NCBI GenBank assembly: GCA_042568575.1
Contig: JBHPIO010000001.1
Span: 1-64,000 of the forward strand
DNA: 64,000 nt
Direction: 5' to 3'
From: Patescibacteria group bacterium
Lineage (GTDB): Bacteria; Patescibacteriota; Gracilibacteria; UBA1369; PNNO01
The notes beneath the pieces were generated by a model. It saw only the letters and a list, made by a program, of their open reading frames with translations, made no database searches and was not told the DNA's origin. Within the stretch, counting starts at the first letter, position 1. Every line of letters begins with the position of its first letter. A program made the position numbers and the translations under genes. Positions 9,806-19,893 of the stretch are shown here, piece after piece.

Positions 9806-10828
9806 GTGAGCATAGAATTTGACCTACCTAATATGAAGATTCGAAAGTTTTTCGCGGGAATATTAGTCTTAATGTTCGCCATTATCACACTTCCCACCTT
9901 ATTTGTTCAAAGTATTACAAGCACTTACTTGAATGCAGGTTTTTACGAGGGGCCTGTGATCGATAAATCGTACGATTATTTGGCTTCATTCCTGAATAAC
10001 GAGATATCAAAAGATGATGAAGTAACAGAATATTTGGCTTCTTCAGACGTTAAAGAGATAATAGAACAATATTTTCCAAAACAAGCTTTCCAGGAGATTG
10101 CACAGGATTTCGTCTCACAATTAAAAAGTGTTAATGATGAAAGACGTGCCGAAGACATAACGGTCTCCCTTCTTCCATTAAAAGAACATATTGACGACTT
10201 GGCCGCAGATGTTGCTTATCGCGTAGTTGATTCAATTCCTACTTGTGAAAATTTTGATGAAGAAGATTTGGCTACATTTACGCAACAAGATGGACTTCCT
10301 TCATGTATCCCTCCTCAAATTGAGCGCAGTGAACTTGAAGATCCAATGAGGCGTGAAATTAAAAGAGCAATGCAGGAAAGTATTCCGGATAGATTTTCTC
10401 CTGTTGTTGAAAGTAGTGGAGGAGGTGGTGAAGAGGAAGTTGGCTTACATCAAGTAGTTTCGGTATTTCAATATATCCATTTGATTCTGCCTTTATTCCT
10501 TCTCATTCTGCTTCTTTTGATAATGCTTATTATTTATAAGCCATATACGTCGATAATGAAATTTGTTGGAAGTGCACTTGCACTTGGTGGAGTATTTGGA
10601 TTGATTGCTGCTCAACTTATGTCGCAGATTCCAACTTATATTTCTGAATATGCTTATGACGAAGCAGAGATAGATAAATTGCGTGAACTCTATAAGTTCC
10701 TATTTGCTTTTGTGACAGATAAAATGACGATCTACTCTATATTCTTTGCGGGATGTGGAGCTTTGATTATTTTCTTTGGAATTTATCTAAAACATCATCA
10801 TTCAGTTCAAAAATCATTAGATGCCTAA
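9806..10828 (+). CDS. Hypothetical membrane protein
   Basis: N-terminal TM helix, extracytoplasmic domain, three C-terminal TM helices. Confidence 0.7.
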   Translation: MSIEFDLPNMKIRKFFAGILVLMFAIITLPTLFVQSITSTYLNAGFYEGPVIDKSYDYLASFLNNEISKDDEVTEYLASSDVKEIIEQYFPKQAFQEIAQDFVSQLKSVNDERRAEDITVSLLPLKEHIDDLAADVAYRVVDSIPTCENFDEEDLATFTQQDGLPSCIPPQIERSELEDPMRREIKRAMQESIPDRFSPVVESSGGGGEEEVGLHQVVSVFQYIHLILPLFLLILLLLIMLIIYKPYTSIMKFVGSALALGGVFGLIAAQLMSQIPTYISEYAYDEAEIDKLRELYKFLFAFVTDKMTIYSIFFAGCGALIIFFGIYLKHHHSVQKSLDA

Positions 10829-11387
10829 TATTGAAGAAGTAAACAAAGAGGTTCGTGAGTGCACAAAATGTGGTTTGTGTAAGACCCGAACTAATGCGGT
10901 GCCCGGAGATGGGAATCCAAATGCCGATATTGTTTTTATTGGTGAAGCTCCTGGTAAAAACGAAGATCTTGAAGGAAAGCCGTTTGTTGGAGCTGCCGGT
11001 AAATTTTTAAATGACCTTCTCGCCTCGATAGGACTAACACGCGAAGAAGTTTTTATTACAAATATTGTTAAATGTAGGCCTCCTGAAAATAGAGATCCAG
11101 AAGATAATGAGATTAAGACATGTTGGCCTTATCTAGAGCGTCATCTTAAAATAATGAAGCCAAAATTGATAGTTACTTTAGGCCGACACGCAATGAATGC
11201 GTTTTTACCTAGCCTTAAAATCTCACGAGTTCACGGTGAGGCTAAGAGATATAGGGGGATATGGAGTGAGAAACAAGTTTACTTTCCGATGTATCATCCG
11301 GCGGTGGCTTTGTATAATGGTTCGTATAGAAAAATTCTATTGGAGGATATGCAAAAAATTCCGATAATTCTTTCAAAGATTGATTGA
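10821..11387 (+). CDS. Family 4 uracil-DNA glycosylase (Fe-S)
   Basis: CTKCGL, GEAPG, PFVGAAG, KCRPPENR, YHPA. Confidence 0.95.
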   Translation: MPNIEEVNKEVRECTKCGLCKTRTNAVPGDGNPNADIVFIGEAPGKNEDLEGKPFVGAAGKFLNDLLASIGLTREEVFITNIVKCRPPENRDPEDNEIKTCWPYLERHLKIMKPKLIVTLGRHAMNAFLPSLKISRVHGEAKRYRGIWSEKQVYFPMYHPAVALYNGSYRKILLEDMQKIPIILSKID

Positions 11388-11431
11388 GTGTGATAATCTC
11401 ACAAATGTTTTTAATGTTTTAAACGTCAGAA

Positions 11432-11809
11432 ATGACCCATAATCGATATCTACTAATTGTTGGAATTGCGGGGCTCGTAAGTTGGGTCGCGTGGTTTATA
11501 GTGTTGAACAAATTAGACCCATTTGAATCGATGGGGATTTCATTGAGCTTATTCTTCTTGAGTATGTTCTTTGCCTTAAGTTGTACTTTCACAATAGTTG
11601 GATTCTATTTTCGACTTTGGCTCAACAAAAACGAAATATATTCTCAACATATTGCTATTGCGTTTAGGCAGGGGATTGAACTAACTATTATTGCCCTTGG
11701 TTGCATCTTCTTCTTAATACTTGGAGTTCTAACTTGGTGGTCAGGTTTTCTTTTAATATTATGTGTTTCCCTAGTAGAGCTATATTTTGTCGCTCGTCAG
11801 GAAGGATAA
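11432..11809 (+). CDS. Hypothetical 4-TM membrane protein
   Basis: Four hydrophobic segments; AFRQG motif. Confidence 0.75.
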   Translation: MTHNRYLLIVGIAGLVSWVAWFIVLNKLDPFESMGISLSLFFLSMFFALSCTFTIVGFYFRLWLNKNEIYSQHIAIAFRQGIELTIIALGCIFFLILGVLTWWSGFLLILCVSLVELYFVARQEG

Positions 11810-11830
11810 ATTTTATTATTGATTTGGGAA

Positions 11831-11893
11831 GGGGACGGTCGTTGCTTTGTTGTAAATCGATATTGCATCGATAAGCAACGAGCCGTCAATCCC
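11831..11893. terminator. GC-rich stem-loop between convergent genes
   Basis: gacgg tcgttgctt ... aagcaacga g ccgtc with an inner atcgat/atcgat stem. Confidence 0.6.
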
Positions 11894-11952
11894 TATGAGA
11901 TATCCCGTTTCAGCACAGATGTGCGATTCAGGATGATATGTGGATGTCTAAA

Positions 11953-13770
11953 TTACTTGAGGAAGTCCAGGTATATGGACTTCTTCTTGCGCATGGGCCT
12001 TGGCTTTTGCCTACGCCTGGTTCGCATCGATGCGGGTCGTCTTCGACGACGACGTTTTCTCATGGCGGGAGGAGGATCCGGATCCATGTCCATCGCGTCG
12101 GGAGGATCCGTTGGCGTCGGTGGGAGAGCCATGGTGGGCTGCATCACAGGCTTGGGTCGTTGCATGGCCGGCGGCTTTTTCTTCGACTTATGCTTTATCG
12201 GCTTGATGACCACGTCCCTGCTCGCCTTCTTCGCCTTTGGTACCGTTACTTTCATAGGCTTGCCTGAAAACACTTTCTTTGGCTTCGAAGGCTTCGGATT
12301 GCGGTCGTATGTCGCGTAGAGCGTAACTCCCACAGCCAATAAAAGAACCAAAACCGCGACAGAAAGTATTGCCGCCTTGCTGAGCTTACTGCCGAAGATG
12401 TCGTACAGCCCGCCGTGCAGGAAGTAGAAAGCATTGGCGACCTTTTTGTAGCAGAACCAGAAGATCAAGGCCATCGCGTATGCGAAACGTGTCCACCAGT
12501 ATCCCCAGAAGTCTCTGGTGAAGGGGTTGCGGGGAGCACGAGACGAGTAGCCTCTGATTCCATCCATTGTGATTCTGTATCTCACAATGGGGTCGTCTTT
12601 CCAGTCTGGACGGTAGCCTTTACGAACTGGTGGTTGTGCACCTTGTATGATCGCAGTTTGTGCTGGATCACCACCGCCGAGAGGTTGATCGAAGGTGGAA
12701 ACATGAGGAGGAGTCAACGGCCCAGACAGAGCAGCTGCATCCTTCATCCACTCCGGGATCCGAGGACGCGCTGCAGTGTTAGTAAATGTAATCTGCGTTG
12801 GCGTCCCATCAAAGCCTAACTCTGGAGGTGGAAAGGGGATGTTGACGTGAACATCTTCGCGAAGTGCGCTGGGATCAGGTGGAGTTGTTGGGAAATTATG
12901 AGAGTTAGCCTGCCCAGGCTTACAATGGCTGGCCTGAGTGACCTCTGCTCCGGGATTTCCTTCTGCGATGATGTAGCACCCGCGCACCTTATCCCACGCT
13001 AGGTACTTTCCAGATTCGTATCGTATGTCTACCCAGGACTGACTAGGCTCGAAAACCCAGTCCGGGAGTACCAACTCGTGAGTGCTCTCGTCCCATACAA
13101 TTTCCGTTGGACGGCCATGAGTATAGAACTCAGGTGGTGGCAACGGGAACAGGATAGACACTCGTTCTCCTAGCTGCAGCGGTGGATGAGCTGGGCAGCC
13201 TTCCTGCATGCCTGGTTTGAACCACCAGCATCGTTTAGACTCTTTGTCCACCTGGACATAGCACATGACCTTGCCAGCAATCCAGAACAGGGGATCACCT
13301 TCATCACATGTTCCTGCCCTGTATATCTCGGACTCAGGTGGTGGGAGTTGAAGCTTGCTCGCTTCTGCTCGCATGGTTTCGGAGAGGTTGACCAGCGGTT
13401 CTGCGTCAGGGTCGGTTTTTTCACCGAAGTCGCCATCCACCGGTTTGCTCTCAACCTCAATGCTCCCAGCCGCACCTTTGAGGGCGCTGGCGTCGGGGAG
13501 TACCCAGGAAGGGAGATTAGGTGGTGGATTCCATTCAATTTCTGCCTCCCCACCAGGGAATGGGCATTCGTTGTTAACCTGCTCCATAAGCTCGTCGGGA
13601 AGCGGCTCATGCACAGGCACTTCGCTACTTCTCGCCGGCTTTACCCACTTGGCGGTCGTCGGGTCATCTGTGTCTACGACGATGTACATCTGCTCATTGT
13701 CGTCATAAGCAACACATTGTCCCGCACGCTTTTTCCAAGTAGATACATTGTCAATCCAGTATTGTGCCAT
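11953..13770 (-). CDS. GC-rich hypothetical membrane protein with three internal repeats, two TM helices and a Pro/Lys/Arg-rich tail
   Basis: 605-aa ORF; GGGAG RBS-like sequence before the ATG; consensus promoter upstream; visibly higher GC than its flanks. Confidence 0.8.
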   Translation of the reverse strand: MAQYWIDNVSTWKKRAGQCVAYDDNEQMYIVVDTDDPTTAKWVKPARSSEVPVHEPLPDELMEQVNNECPFPGGEAEIEWNPPPNLPSWVLPDASALKGAAGSIEVESKPVDGDFGEKTDPDAEPLVNLSETMRAEASKLQLPPPESEIYRAGTCDEGDPLFWIAGKVMCYVQVDKESKRCWWFKPGMQEGCPAHPPLQLGERVSILFPLPPPEFYTHGRPTEIVWDESTHELVLPDWVFEPSQSWVDIRYESGKYLAWDKVRGCYIIAEGNPGAEVTQASHCKPGQANSHNFPTTPPDPSALREDVHVNIPFPPPELGFDGTPTQITFTNTAARPRIPEWMKDAAALSGPLTPPHVSTFDQPLGGGDPAQTAIIQGAQPPVRKGYRPDWKDDPIVRYRITMDGIRGYSSRAPRNPFTRDFWGYWWTRFAYAMALIFWFCYKKVANAFYFLHGGLYDIFGSKLSKAAILSVAVLVLLLAVGVTLYATYDRNPKPSKPKKVFSGKPMKVTVPKAKKASRDVVIKPIKHKSKKKPPAMQRPKPVMQPTMALPPTPTDPPDAMDMDPDPPPAMRKRRRRRRPASMRTRRRQKPRPMRKKKSIYLDFLK

Positions 13771-13866
13771 GGTTCAAAACTCCCGCACACTTCTTGATGA
13801 AGCACGCTGCAAATTGTTGTCGTTTCTTTGTTGTCACTCTTGAAAACGCTGCCAACTACGGCTGCG

Positions 13867-13970
13867 CCTTGATTTTTTTAGACATCCACAGAGAGATGTC
13901 CTATCTGCAATGCTAAAAAGCATGCAATAGGATAGGACCCTCTCTGCGTTTGTTTAGACTAAATTTCAAG
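13867..13970 (-). promoter_or_regulatory. Long stem-loop in the 5' leader of the GC-rich gene
   Basis: ccttga..tagaca..cagagag..gtcctatc..atgct / agcat..gataggac..ctctctg..tgttta..tcaagg. Confidence 0.7.
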
Positions 13971-14022
13971 GATCAATAGCGTCACAATAAAAAATGTGGC
14001 ACCACAAAAACATGAGATGTCA

Positions 14023-14051
14023 ATTTTAAGTGAAATTGGAGTTTTTGTCAA
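14023..14051 (-). promoter_or_regulatory. sigma70 promoter for the GC-rich gene
   Basis: TTGACA-17 nt-TAAAAT on the minus strand. Confidence 0.75.
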
Positions 14052-14070
14052 TTAAAAAGCGGACAAAACG

Positions 14071-14931
14071 CTATTCGTAACTTGGTTCATCAATAACTCT
14101 TACGTATTGAACCGGCCATAAAACTACCCATGCTTTTCCGGAAATATTTTTCTTAGGTAAAAAATATTCTTCCTCACCTCGACAGCCACCTTGGAAAGGA
14201 TCTCTAAAGCAGCTTCGTGAGTCAACACTTTGCATACGATTATCTCCAAGAACAAAATATTCATCATCTCCTACAGTAAATGTAGTGATTCTGTTACTTG
14301 TACTTGGATTAGTATTTCCGGCATTATTCTCGTTCAAATAATCCTCTTTGAGCTGACGCCCAGTTGGATATTCATCGTTGAAAATATAAATACTTCCATC
14401 GATAAGCTTAACCGTATCTCCTGGAAGACCGATAATACGCTTAATGTAGAATTGTTTGTCTGTATGTGGCGGGTGGAAAACGATAATGTCACCACGCTCC
14501 GGGTCGCTCAAACTCCATCCAAAAAAGTCTTTATATATCAGCTTATTTACAATGATGTATTCCCCGTATCCGGTCATACAAGTATCTTCAATATAGTTCA
14601 GCGTGTTGCACATTGAAGGTCCGTAAACTTTAAATGGTGAAGCAATAAAAGTTTGAATAACATAAACAAGTCCAAAAACAATTAAGAGATTTAAAGCAAG
14701 ATCTAAAACGAATGTTATTAGACGTCCGCCACCTTTCTTTTTTGCATTCATCGCATGTTCTTCAAGAGGAGCTTTTGGTTCCTCGGTAGGCTCTGCAGGC
14801 TTCTTGGCTGGAGTTGCTGCAGGCTTTGTAGTAGGAGCTTTAAAGATTTCAGAAACGTCTCGCGTATCTGCGTTATCCTTTGGTGGAACCGGTTGTTTTG
14901 ATGTTTCATCGTTCATAAACAGGCGTAACAT
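14071..14931 (-). CDS. lepB: Signal peptidase I
   Basis: PFKVYGPSM (catalytic Ser), RGDIIVF, YIKRIIGLPGD (catalytic Lys), GDNR..S.DSR. Confidence 0.95.
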   Translation of the reverse strand: MLRLFMNDETSKQPVPPKDNADTRDVSEIFKAPTTKPAATPAKKPAEPTEEPKAPLEEHAMNAKKKGGGRLITFVLDLALNLLIVFGLVYVIQTFIASPFKVYGPSMCNTLNYIEDTCMTGYGEYIIVNKLIYKDFFGWSLSDPERGDIIVFHPPHTDKQFYIKRIIGLPGDTVKLIDGSIYIFNDEYPTGRQLKEDYLNENNAGNTNPSTSNRITTFTVGDDEYFVLGDNRMQSVDSRSCFRDPFQGGCRGEEEYFLPKKNISGKAWVVLWPVQYVRVIDEPSYE

Positions 14932-14988
14932 TCTTACAAACTTTACCTTAACTTATCCAAGATTCGCAATAGAAAGTAACAGATATTC

Positions 14989-16938
14989 TTATCCCGCATG
15001 CAGTTCAAGTTCATTGATAAGATCTGCGGTGAATTTACTAGCACCAGTTTCCTGAAGTACTTTAATTCTATAAATAGCTTCTGCAACTTCTTCACGTTTC
15101 ATTTCAGCTGCAGGGTCGAATTTGTTATTTTCAAGTTCAATGATATTTGCATCAACTGCGAATTGAACATATGGTGCAAACCAATCTGCCTCGTCGACAT
15201 CTCCTACTTTAAAGCTATCGTGAATAATCGGGTCTATATCAATTTGTGAAGCCTTTATAAGCATCTTTAAGAATTCAGCTCTATTAACTGAATTTGTAGG
15301 CTTGAACGTTCCATCTAAATATCCTTGAACAATCCCAAGGTTTTTTGCAGTGTATAGATAATCAGCATACCATTGCTCTGTATCAGTATCAGTGAATGAA
15401 AGATGTTGTACTTTATCTAAGTCTGCATCTATTCCTTCAAGAATGAATTTTATTACTTCAACACGTGATACATCATTTTCTGGCTTGAATGACCCATCGG
15501 GATATCCCTGAATAACGCCCTCATCCTTCAAGAAACTAATCGCATTAAAATGTGGGTGAGCCGTTCCGATATCAACAAAGATTCCTGGTGATAATAGGGG
15601 ACTTTCTTTGATCACAGTATCAGTTGCTAGTTTTATTTTTACTGCCGCGTTGCCTTTCGGAGTTAGTGCAATTTTAGCGATACCATTGCTGAAATCATCT
15701 GCATTAAGACGACGTGGGCTTACTGTAGCTGAGCCCTGAATCACTTCGACTCTTACAGCAGTTTCAGGAGCGTAGTTTGTAATTCTGCTTCCACTTCTAT
15801 CAACTGCCTTAACTACGATTTCTTTTTCTTCGTTTGGAGTGAAAGTATCTCCACCTGTATGAATTTCAAATGTTATATATTCTCTTTCAGGATCTTCAAC
15901 CGTTGTTGTTGTGTCGTCAACTATTACATCATCGATTGTTGAGCTTGTTGATGTTGAACTCGAAGTTGTTGTACTTGATGAAGTGCTGCTTGTAGTATCG
16001 TTACTTGTATCATCAGCTACATAAACTGCACCGCTTTTAAAGTTCTGTACGTACAGCATAGGGTTGATTGTATTTTGTATAGCAATATCCTGGTTTAGAC
16101 CTCCATTAACCGCCTGGCTAAATGACATCCCAGCATCTGAGGCTTCTTTTGAAGTAAATGGCCAAAATGGATGCCATGGTGCTGAGTCTGTATCAATTTG
16201 AAAGTGAAGATGGGGAGTCGTTGAAGTTCCTGTACTTCCAACATAACCAATTAAATCACCTTTACGAACTACTGCTCCTTCATTAACTTTAATAGAGAGT
16301 AGATGCGCGTAATTTGAGTAATAAGTAGTGTTTGTGTTTGAATTATTGTATGCAGGGAAATTCTTATGTTCTATTACGATGTGATTCCCAAAACCTGAAC
16401 TCTGAGTTGAAGTCTTTGAAACAATACCATTTCCAATCGCATACACAGGAGTTCCACTTGGAACTTTGATATCAACAGCCAAATGGCTTCCAGTATACTC
16501 TTTTCCGTCCAAAGCATAACTTCCCATATATGGCACAGAATAAGTTATTTTGGCGTTTCGTACTGCATCATCTTGTGGATCACCCCACTGTAGAGAATCA
16601 GTTGAAAGTTTTAATTTATTAGGATTATAAACAGAAATGTTTTCAATTTTACCTGAAGGCATTGCTGAATATGAGTTATTCCATTCAGCACTTGTTAAAG
16701 CCACCCAGTCGGGAGCTTTTTGAACTGGCAAGACTGTTCCATCAAAAGCAGGCGCTTGCTGAGTAGGGATAATGCTTGCTTGGAAGGTTGTGATATTTTG
16801 TTCTACTAAATAAACCGCACTTGTTAAGAAGACAATTAGAGCAAACCATGCAAAAAATCTTTTTATAGCAGCTTCCTTATGATGCGGATGTTTTCTATAC
16901 TTAAAATGATGAGGTTTTTTTTGTTTTTGTTGTGCCAT
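14989..16938 (-). CDS. M23 family peptidase with Ser/Thr linker, Ig-like region and C-terminal SLH domains
   Basis: HLAVD, YAHL, GTSTTPHLHF; SLH motifs IQGYPDGSFKPENDVSR and VQGYLDGTFKPTNSVNRAE; start moved to ATG 16938 to avoid collision with the tsaE start. Confidence 0.9.
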   Translation of the reverse strand: MAQQKQKKPHHFKYRKHPHHKEAAIKRFFAWFALIVFLTSAVYLVEQNITTFQASIIPTQQAPAFDGTVLPVQKAPDWVALTSAEWNNSYSAMPSGKIENISVYNPNKLKLSTDSLQWGDPQDDAVRNAKITYSVPYMGSYALDGKEYTGSHLAVDIKVPSGTPVYAIGNGIVSKTSTQSSGFGNHIVIEHKNFPAYNNSNTNTTYYSNYAHLLSIKVNEGAVVRKGDLIGYVGSTGTSTTPHLHFQIDTDSAPWHPFWPFTSKEASDAGMSFSQAVNGGLNQDIAIQNTINPMLYVQNFKSGAVYVADDTSNDTTSSTSSSTTTSSSTSTSSTIDDVIVDDTTTTVEDPEREYITFEIHTGGDTFTPNEEKEIVVKAVDRSGSRITNYAPETAVRVEVIQGSATVSPRRLNADDFSNGIAKIALTPKGNAAVKIKLATDTVIKESPLLSPGIFVDIGTAHPHFNAISFLKDEGVIQGYPDGSFKPENDVSRVEVIKFILEGIDADLDKVQHLSFTDTDTEQWYADYLYTAKNLGIVQGYLDGTFKPTNSVNRAEFLKMLIKASQIDIDPIIHDSFKVGDVDEADWFAPYVQFAVDANIIELENNKFDPAAEMKREEVAEAIYRIKVLQETGASKFTADLINELELHAG

Positions 16939-17012
16939 GACTGGTTGTATGTTAGTTTTTGTTTTGATTTTATTATTATGCTCTATTATACCAAATTTTG
17001 ACCTTTTAATCA

Positions 17013-17468
17013 ATGACTGAAAACAGCATTAAAAGTGAGCAGTTTGAGTCTTATTCGGAAGATGAAACTAAAGAGATTGCCGCAAAAGTTGCAAATAATC
17101 TTAGTGAAAGCAAAATTTTGCCAATTTGTTTGAAAGGAAATCTTGGAAGTGGGAAAACTGTCTTTGCGAAGGGGTTCTCCGAAGGTCTCGGTATTGATGT
17201 TTCTAATGTTAAAAGTCCAACTTACACGTATTTACGTAAATATGAAGTTTTAGGTAGAAACATTTATCATTTTGACTATTATCGTCTTGAAGAAGCCGAC
17301 AACTTGGTGCTGCAGGAGTTGGATGAAATAATTCATCATCCAAATGCTTATGTTTTAATTGAATGGCCAGAAAAAATTGAACATATTCTCCCAAAACCAT
17401 ATATAGAGATCCATTTTGAAGTTGGAGAGAATCCAAATGAAAGAATAATTACTATTCACCATAAATAA
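17013..17468 (+). CDS. tsaE: tRNA t6A biosynthesis ATPase TsaE
   Basis: LKGNLGSGKT, VKSPTY, HFDYYRL, LIEWPE. Confidence 0.95.
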   Translation: MTENSIKSEQFESYSEDETKEIAAKVANNLSESKILPICLKGNLGSGKTVFAKGFSEGLGIDVSNVKSPTYTYLRKYEVLGRNIYHFDYYRLEEADNLVLQELDEIIHHPNAYVLIEWPEKIEHILPKPYIEIHFEVGENPNERIITIHHK

Positions 17469-17470
17469 TT

Positions 17471-18076
17471 ATGGATCAGTCAGAGATTCAAAAATTATAT
17501 GAATTGTATCGTACACCTGAGCATATTAGAGAGCATTGCAGCAAGGTTGCTTTGGTTGGAGGAAAAATAGCAAAAAGTATTAGCGAAAAGGGGATTGAGA
17601 TCGATGTAGATTCTGTAATTCATGCTGGATTATTACACGATATCCTAAGAGTGGTAGATATAGATGGAGATCACTACAAAGAGCTTTGCAAAAAAGCTCC
17701 AAAACAAGATGTTTTGGTTTGGAATGCCTTAAAAAAACAATTCAATAATCTTGAACATCCTTATGCGATTTATAGGATGCTTATGTCTTGGGGTGAGGAG
17801 AAAATTGCTTCCATAGTAAGGAAGCATCAGTTTGAAGCGATTATAAGTCCGGAAGAGCTCCCGTTTACACTAGAAGAGAAAATCATGACGTATGCTGACA
17901 AAAGGGTTCTACATGCAAAAATCGTGTCGTTAAAAGGGCGTTTTGAAGATGGTGCAAAAAGATACCAAGAGGGTACCGAAGCAAAGAGAATTTATGATAA
18001 ATATTTTGAATTAGAGAAAGAGCTTTTTGCCTTACTACCTTTTGCTCCGGAAAGCATAAGCGAGGACACTCTATAG
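17471..18076 (+). CDS. HD domain phosphohydrolase
   Basis: HIREHC, AGLLHDI, EEKIMTYADKR. Confidence 0.88.
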   Translation: MDQSEIQKLYELYRTPEHIREHCSKVALVGGKIAKSISEKGIEIDVDSVIHAGLLHDILRVVDIDGDHYKELCKKAPKQDVLVWNALKKQFNNLEHPYAIYRMLMSWGEEKIASIVRKHQFEAIISPEELPFTLEEKIMTYADKRVLHAKIVSLKGRFEDGAKRYQEGTEAKRIYDKYFELEKELFALLPFAPESISEDTL

Positions 18077-19747
18077 TAGAGCATTTAAAGCTTCTCTTGT
18101 TTGAGGACCCACATTTCCTGCTCCAGTATCATTCACTGAGCTGATTAAGCCTTTATCGAGCTGGAAATCAACAACTGCATCTTCGGTTATACTACCGTAA
18201 TAATCAGTTGTGAAGCCTCCATTATAGAATCCTAGACCTTTTAATGTCTTTTGAAGTAATGCGACTTGTTCTCCACGGCTTCCAATACCTAATTCTGCAG
18301 TGAATGCAGAAGTTTTCACTTCTTTTGCTACAGGTTCTTCTGTACTTTGAGCAAGCATTTTTCCTTCTTCCTTAAATGATGCTGTTTTAGAAGCGATGAT
18401 TGCTTTTGTATTCGCCCTATATCCTAAGATACCATTAATTGCACCTCTTGTTCTTGGTCCGAAAACACCAGCACCGGAATCATCAACAGAAGCGACAAGT
18501 CCTTTCTTTTGCTGAAATTTAAGTACGGCATGTTTTGTTAAGTCACCGTAATATCCAGTAGGTTCAATGGCGAATAAATTGAATTTTTTAAGATCTTCTT
18601 GTAAACGTCTTACGTCTTCACCTTTATCTCCTGGCTCAAGGTCGTTTGTAAATGCATCAAATTCTGCTTGAACAATCGAGGCTTCTTGAACTTGCGCAAT
18701 GGCAGTATTATCAAGGTCAGACAGTTTCTGAGAAAGAACAGCAAATGTTTTAGGCCCAAAATATCCAGCACCTAAATCATCTTGGAAATCTACTATTTCT
18801 TGTTCTTTTTGAAACTCGAATACAGCATTAATTGTATCTTCGTCATATGTGCCTGTTACTTCAACGTCGAATCCAAGTTTTTTTAGTGCTTCTTGAAGTT
18901 TTTTCACTTCGTCTCCGCTATCGTCTTTACCTAAATTCTTTTGCGGAACTAGCTCCTTTTTTCGATTTGTTATAACAGCTTCAAGCTTTAACCTTGTTTG
19001 AGGTCCAAGATATCCTGCTCCAAAATCTTCCTGCTTATCAACAATTTCTTCTTCAATCTGGAATTGAATAACAGCTTTATAGACTTCATCACCATAATAT
19101 CCATCCATTGCACCTTTATAGTAACCAAGGTCTGCTAAATACTCCTGAAGTTCTTCCACTTTGTCTCCCGAAGTTCCATACCATAAATCTTCTTTAAATA
19201 TATTTTGTTGAACTACAATTTTTCTGATAAATTTTTCAGCCTCACTGAACCCTTCCAAATATACATTTTCTTCAACATATGGGTCTATACCGTAAACTGT
19301 AGCTGTAACAGTTCTTTTTCCCCAGTTAAGCGCTCTATTTAAACCAACATCACCGTAACCCATCCATACATCTAAACGATCATACGCATGACCACGTTGA
19401 CCCGCATTCACAATAGCTCCACCACGATCATGAACCGCAACAGTTCCAATTCCAGGTATGTTCATTTTTGTGCCGAATGCATATGTTGGAGGTGCAGCAA
19501 TCATTCCAGGATAAACAGGAGTTCCATCAGCGCTATTTACACCGCTACCATTTAATCTAATATCTCCTTCATAACTTCCAGTTACATATCGCTCTTGCCC
19601 AGCTAGTGGAGAGTAATATGCAGAGATAATAAATGTTCTTTGGTAAGCAGCGTGTGCAATCTGATGCAGTGCAAAAAATGCAAGGATTGTTCCAATGATT
19701 AGAATCATTGGTTTTACATGAAAATGATATAAGTTTTTTGTATTCAT
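18071..19747 (-). CDS. 3D-domain (lytic transglycosylase-like) protein with four peptidoglycan-binding repeats
   Basis: ISAYYSP, SADG, IAAP..YAFGT, DRGGAI, RLDVWMG; repeats of the form G..V..LQ..L..LG...G.YG..T..AV..FQ...G.FGP.T. Confidence 0.88.
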   Translation of the reverse strand: MNTKNLYHFHVKPMILIIGTILAFFALHQIAHAAYQRTFIISAYYSPLAGQERYVTGSYEGDIRLNGSGVNSADGTPVYPGMIAAPPTYAFGTKMNIPGIGTVAVHDRGGAIVNAGQRGHAYDRLDVWMGYGDVGLNRALNWGKRTVTATVYGIDPYVEENVYLEGFSEAEKFIRKIVVQQNIFKEDLWYGTSGDKVEELQEYLADLGYYKGAMDGYYGDEVYKAVIQFQIEEEIVDKQEDFGAGYLGPQTRLKLEAVITNRKKELVPQKNLGKDDSGDEVKKLQEALKKLGFDVEVTGTYDEDTINAVFEFQKEQEIVDFQDDLGAGYFGPKTFAVLSQKLSDLDNTAIAQVQEASIVQAEFDAFTNDLEPGDKGEDVRRLQEDLKKFNLFAIEPTGYYGDLTKHAVLKFQQKKGLVASVDDSGAGVFGPRTRGAINGILGYRANTKAIIASKTASFKEEGKMLAQSTEEPVAKEVKTSAFTAELGIGSRGEQVALLQKTLKGLGFYNGGFTTDYYGSITEDAVVDFQLDKGLISSVNDTGAGNVGPQTREALNALL

Positions 19748-19893
19748 TTTGTGGGTTTATTTTTATATTATTTTCGTCTTTTCATCATATTATTATGCCA
19801 CAAATGGCAAATTTTTTCATTCATGATGAATAGACGCAAAAAGAGCCTTGTTGCATAATAAACTTTGCTAAAAATGGACGAAAATCGATGGTT

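Noticed and set aside
11819-13797. Several overlapping alternative ORFs (11819..12319, 11938..12267, 12415..12819, 13170..13610, 13186..13797, 13355..13708)
   Set aside because: Shadow frames expected in a GC-rich gene; the 605-aa minus-strand ORF has the promoter, RBS, repeats and TM helices
15895-16020. Low-complexity Ser/Thr-encoding tract
   Set aside because: Ordinary flexible linker within the M23-SLH protein, not a DNA repeat element
16938-17013. Apparent head-to-head start overlaps in the ORF track (M23/tsaE; also nadA/nadC at 33712-33732 and murC/ftsB-like at 58536-58560)
   Set aside because: Artifacts of longest-ORF start choice; downstream ATGs (16938, 33769, 58617) remove the overlaps
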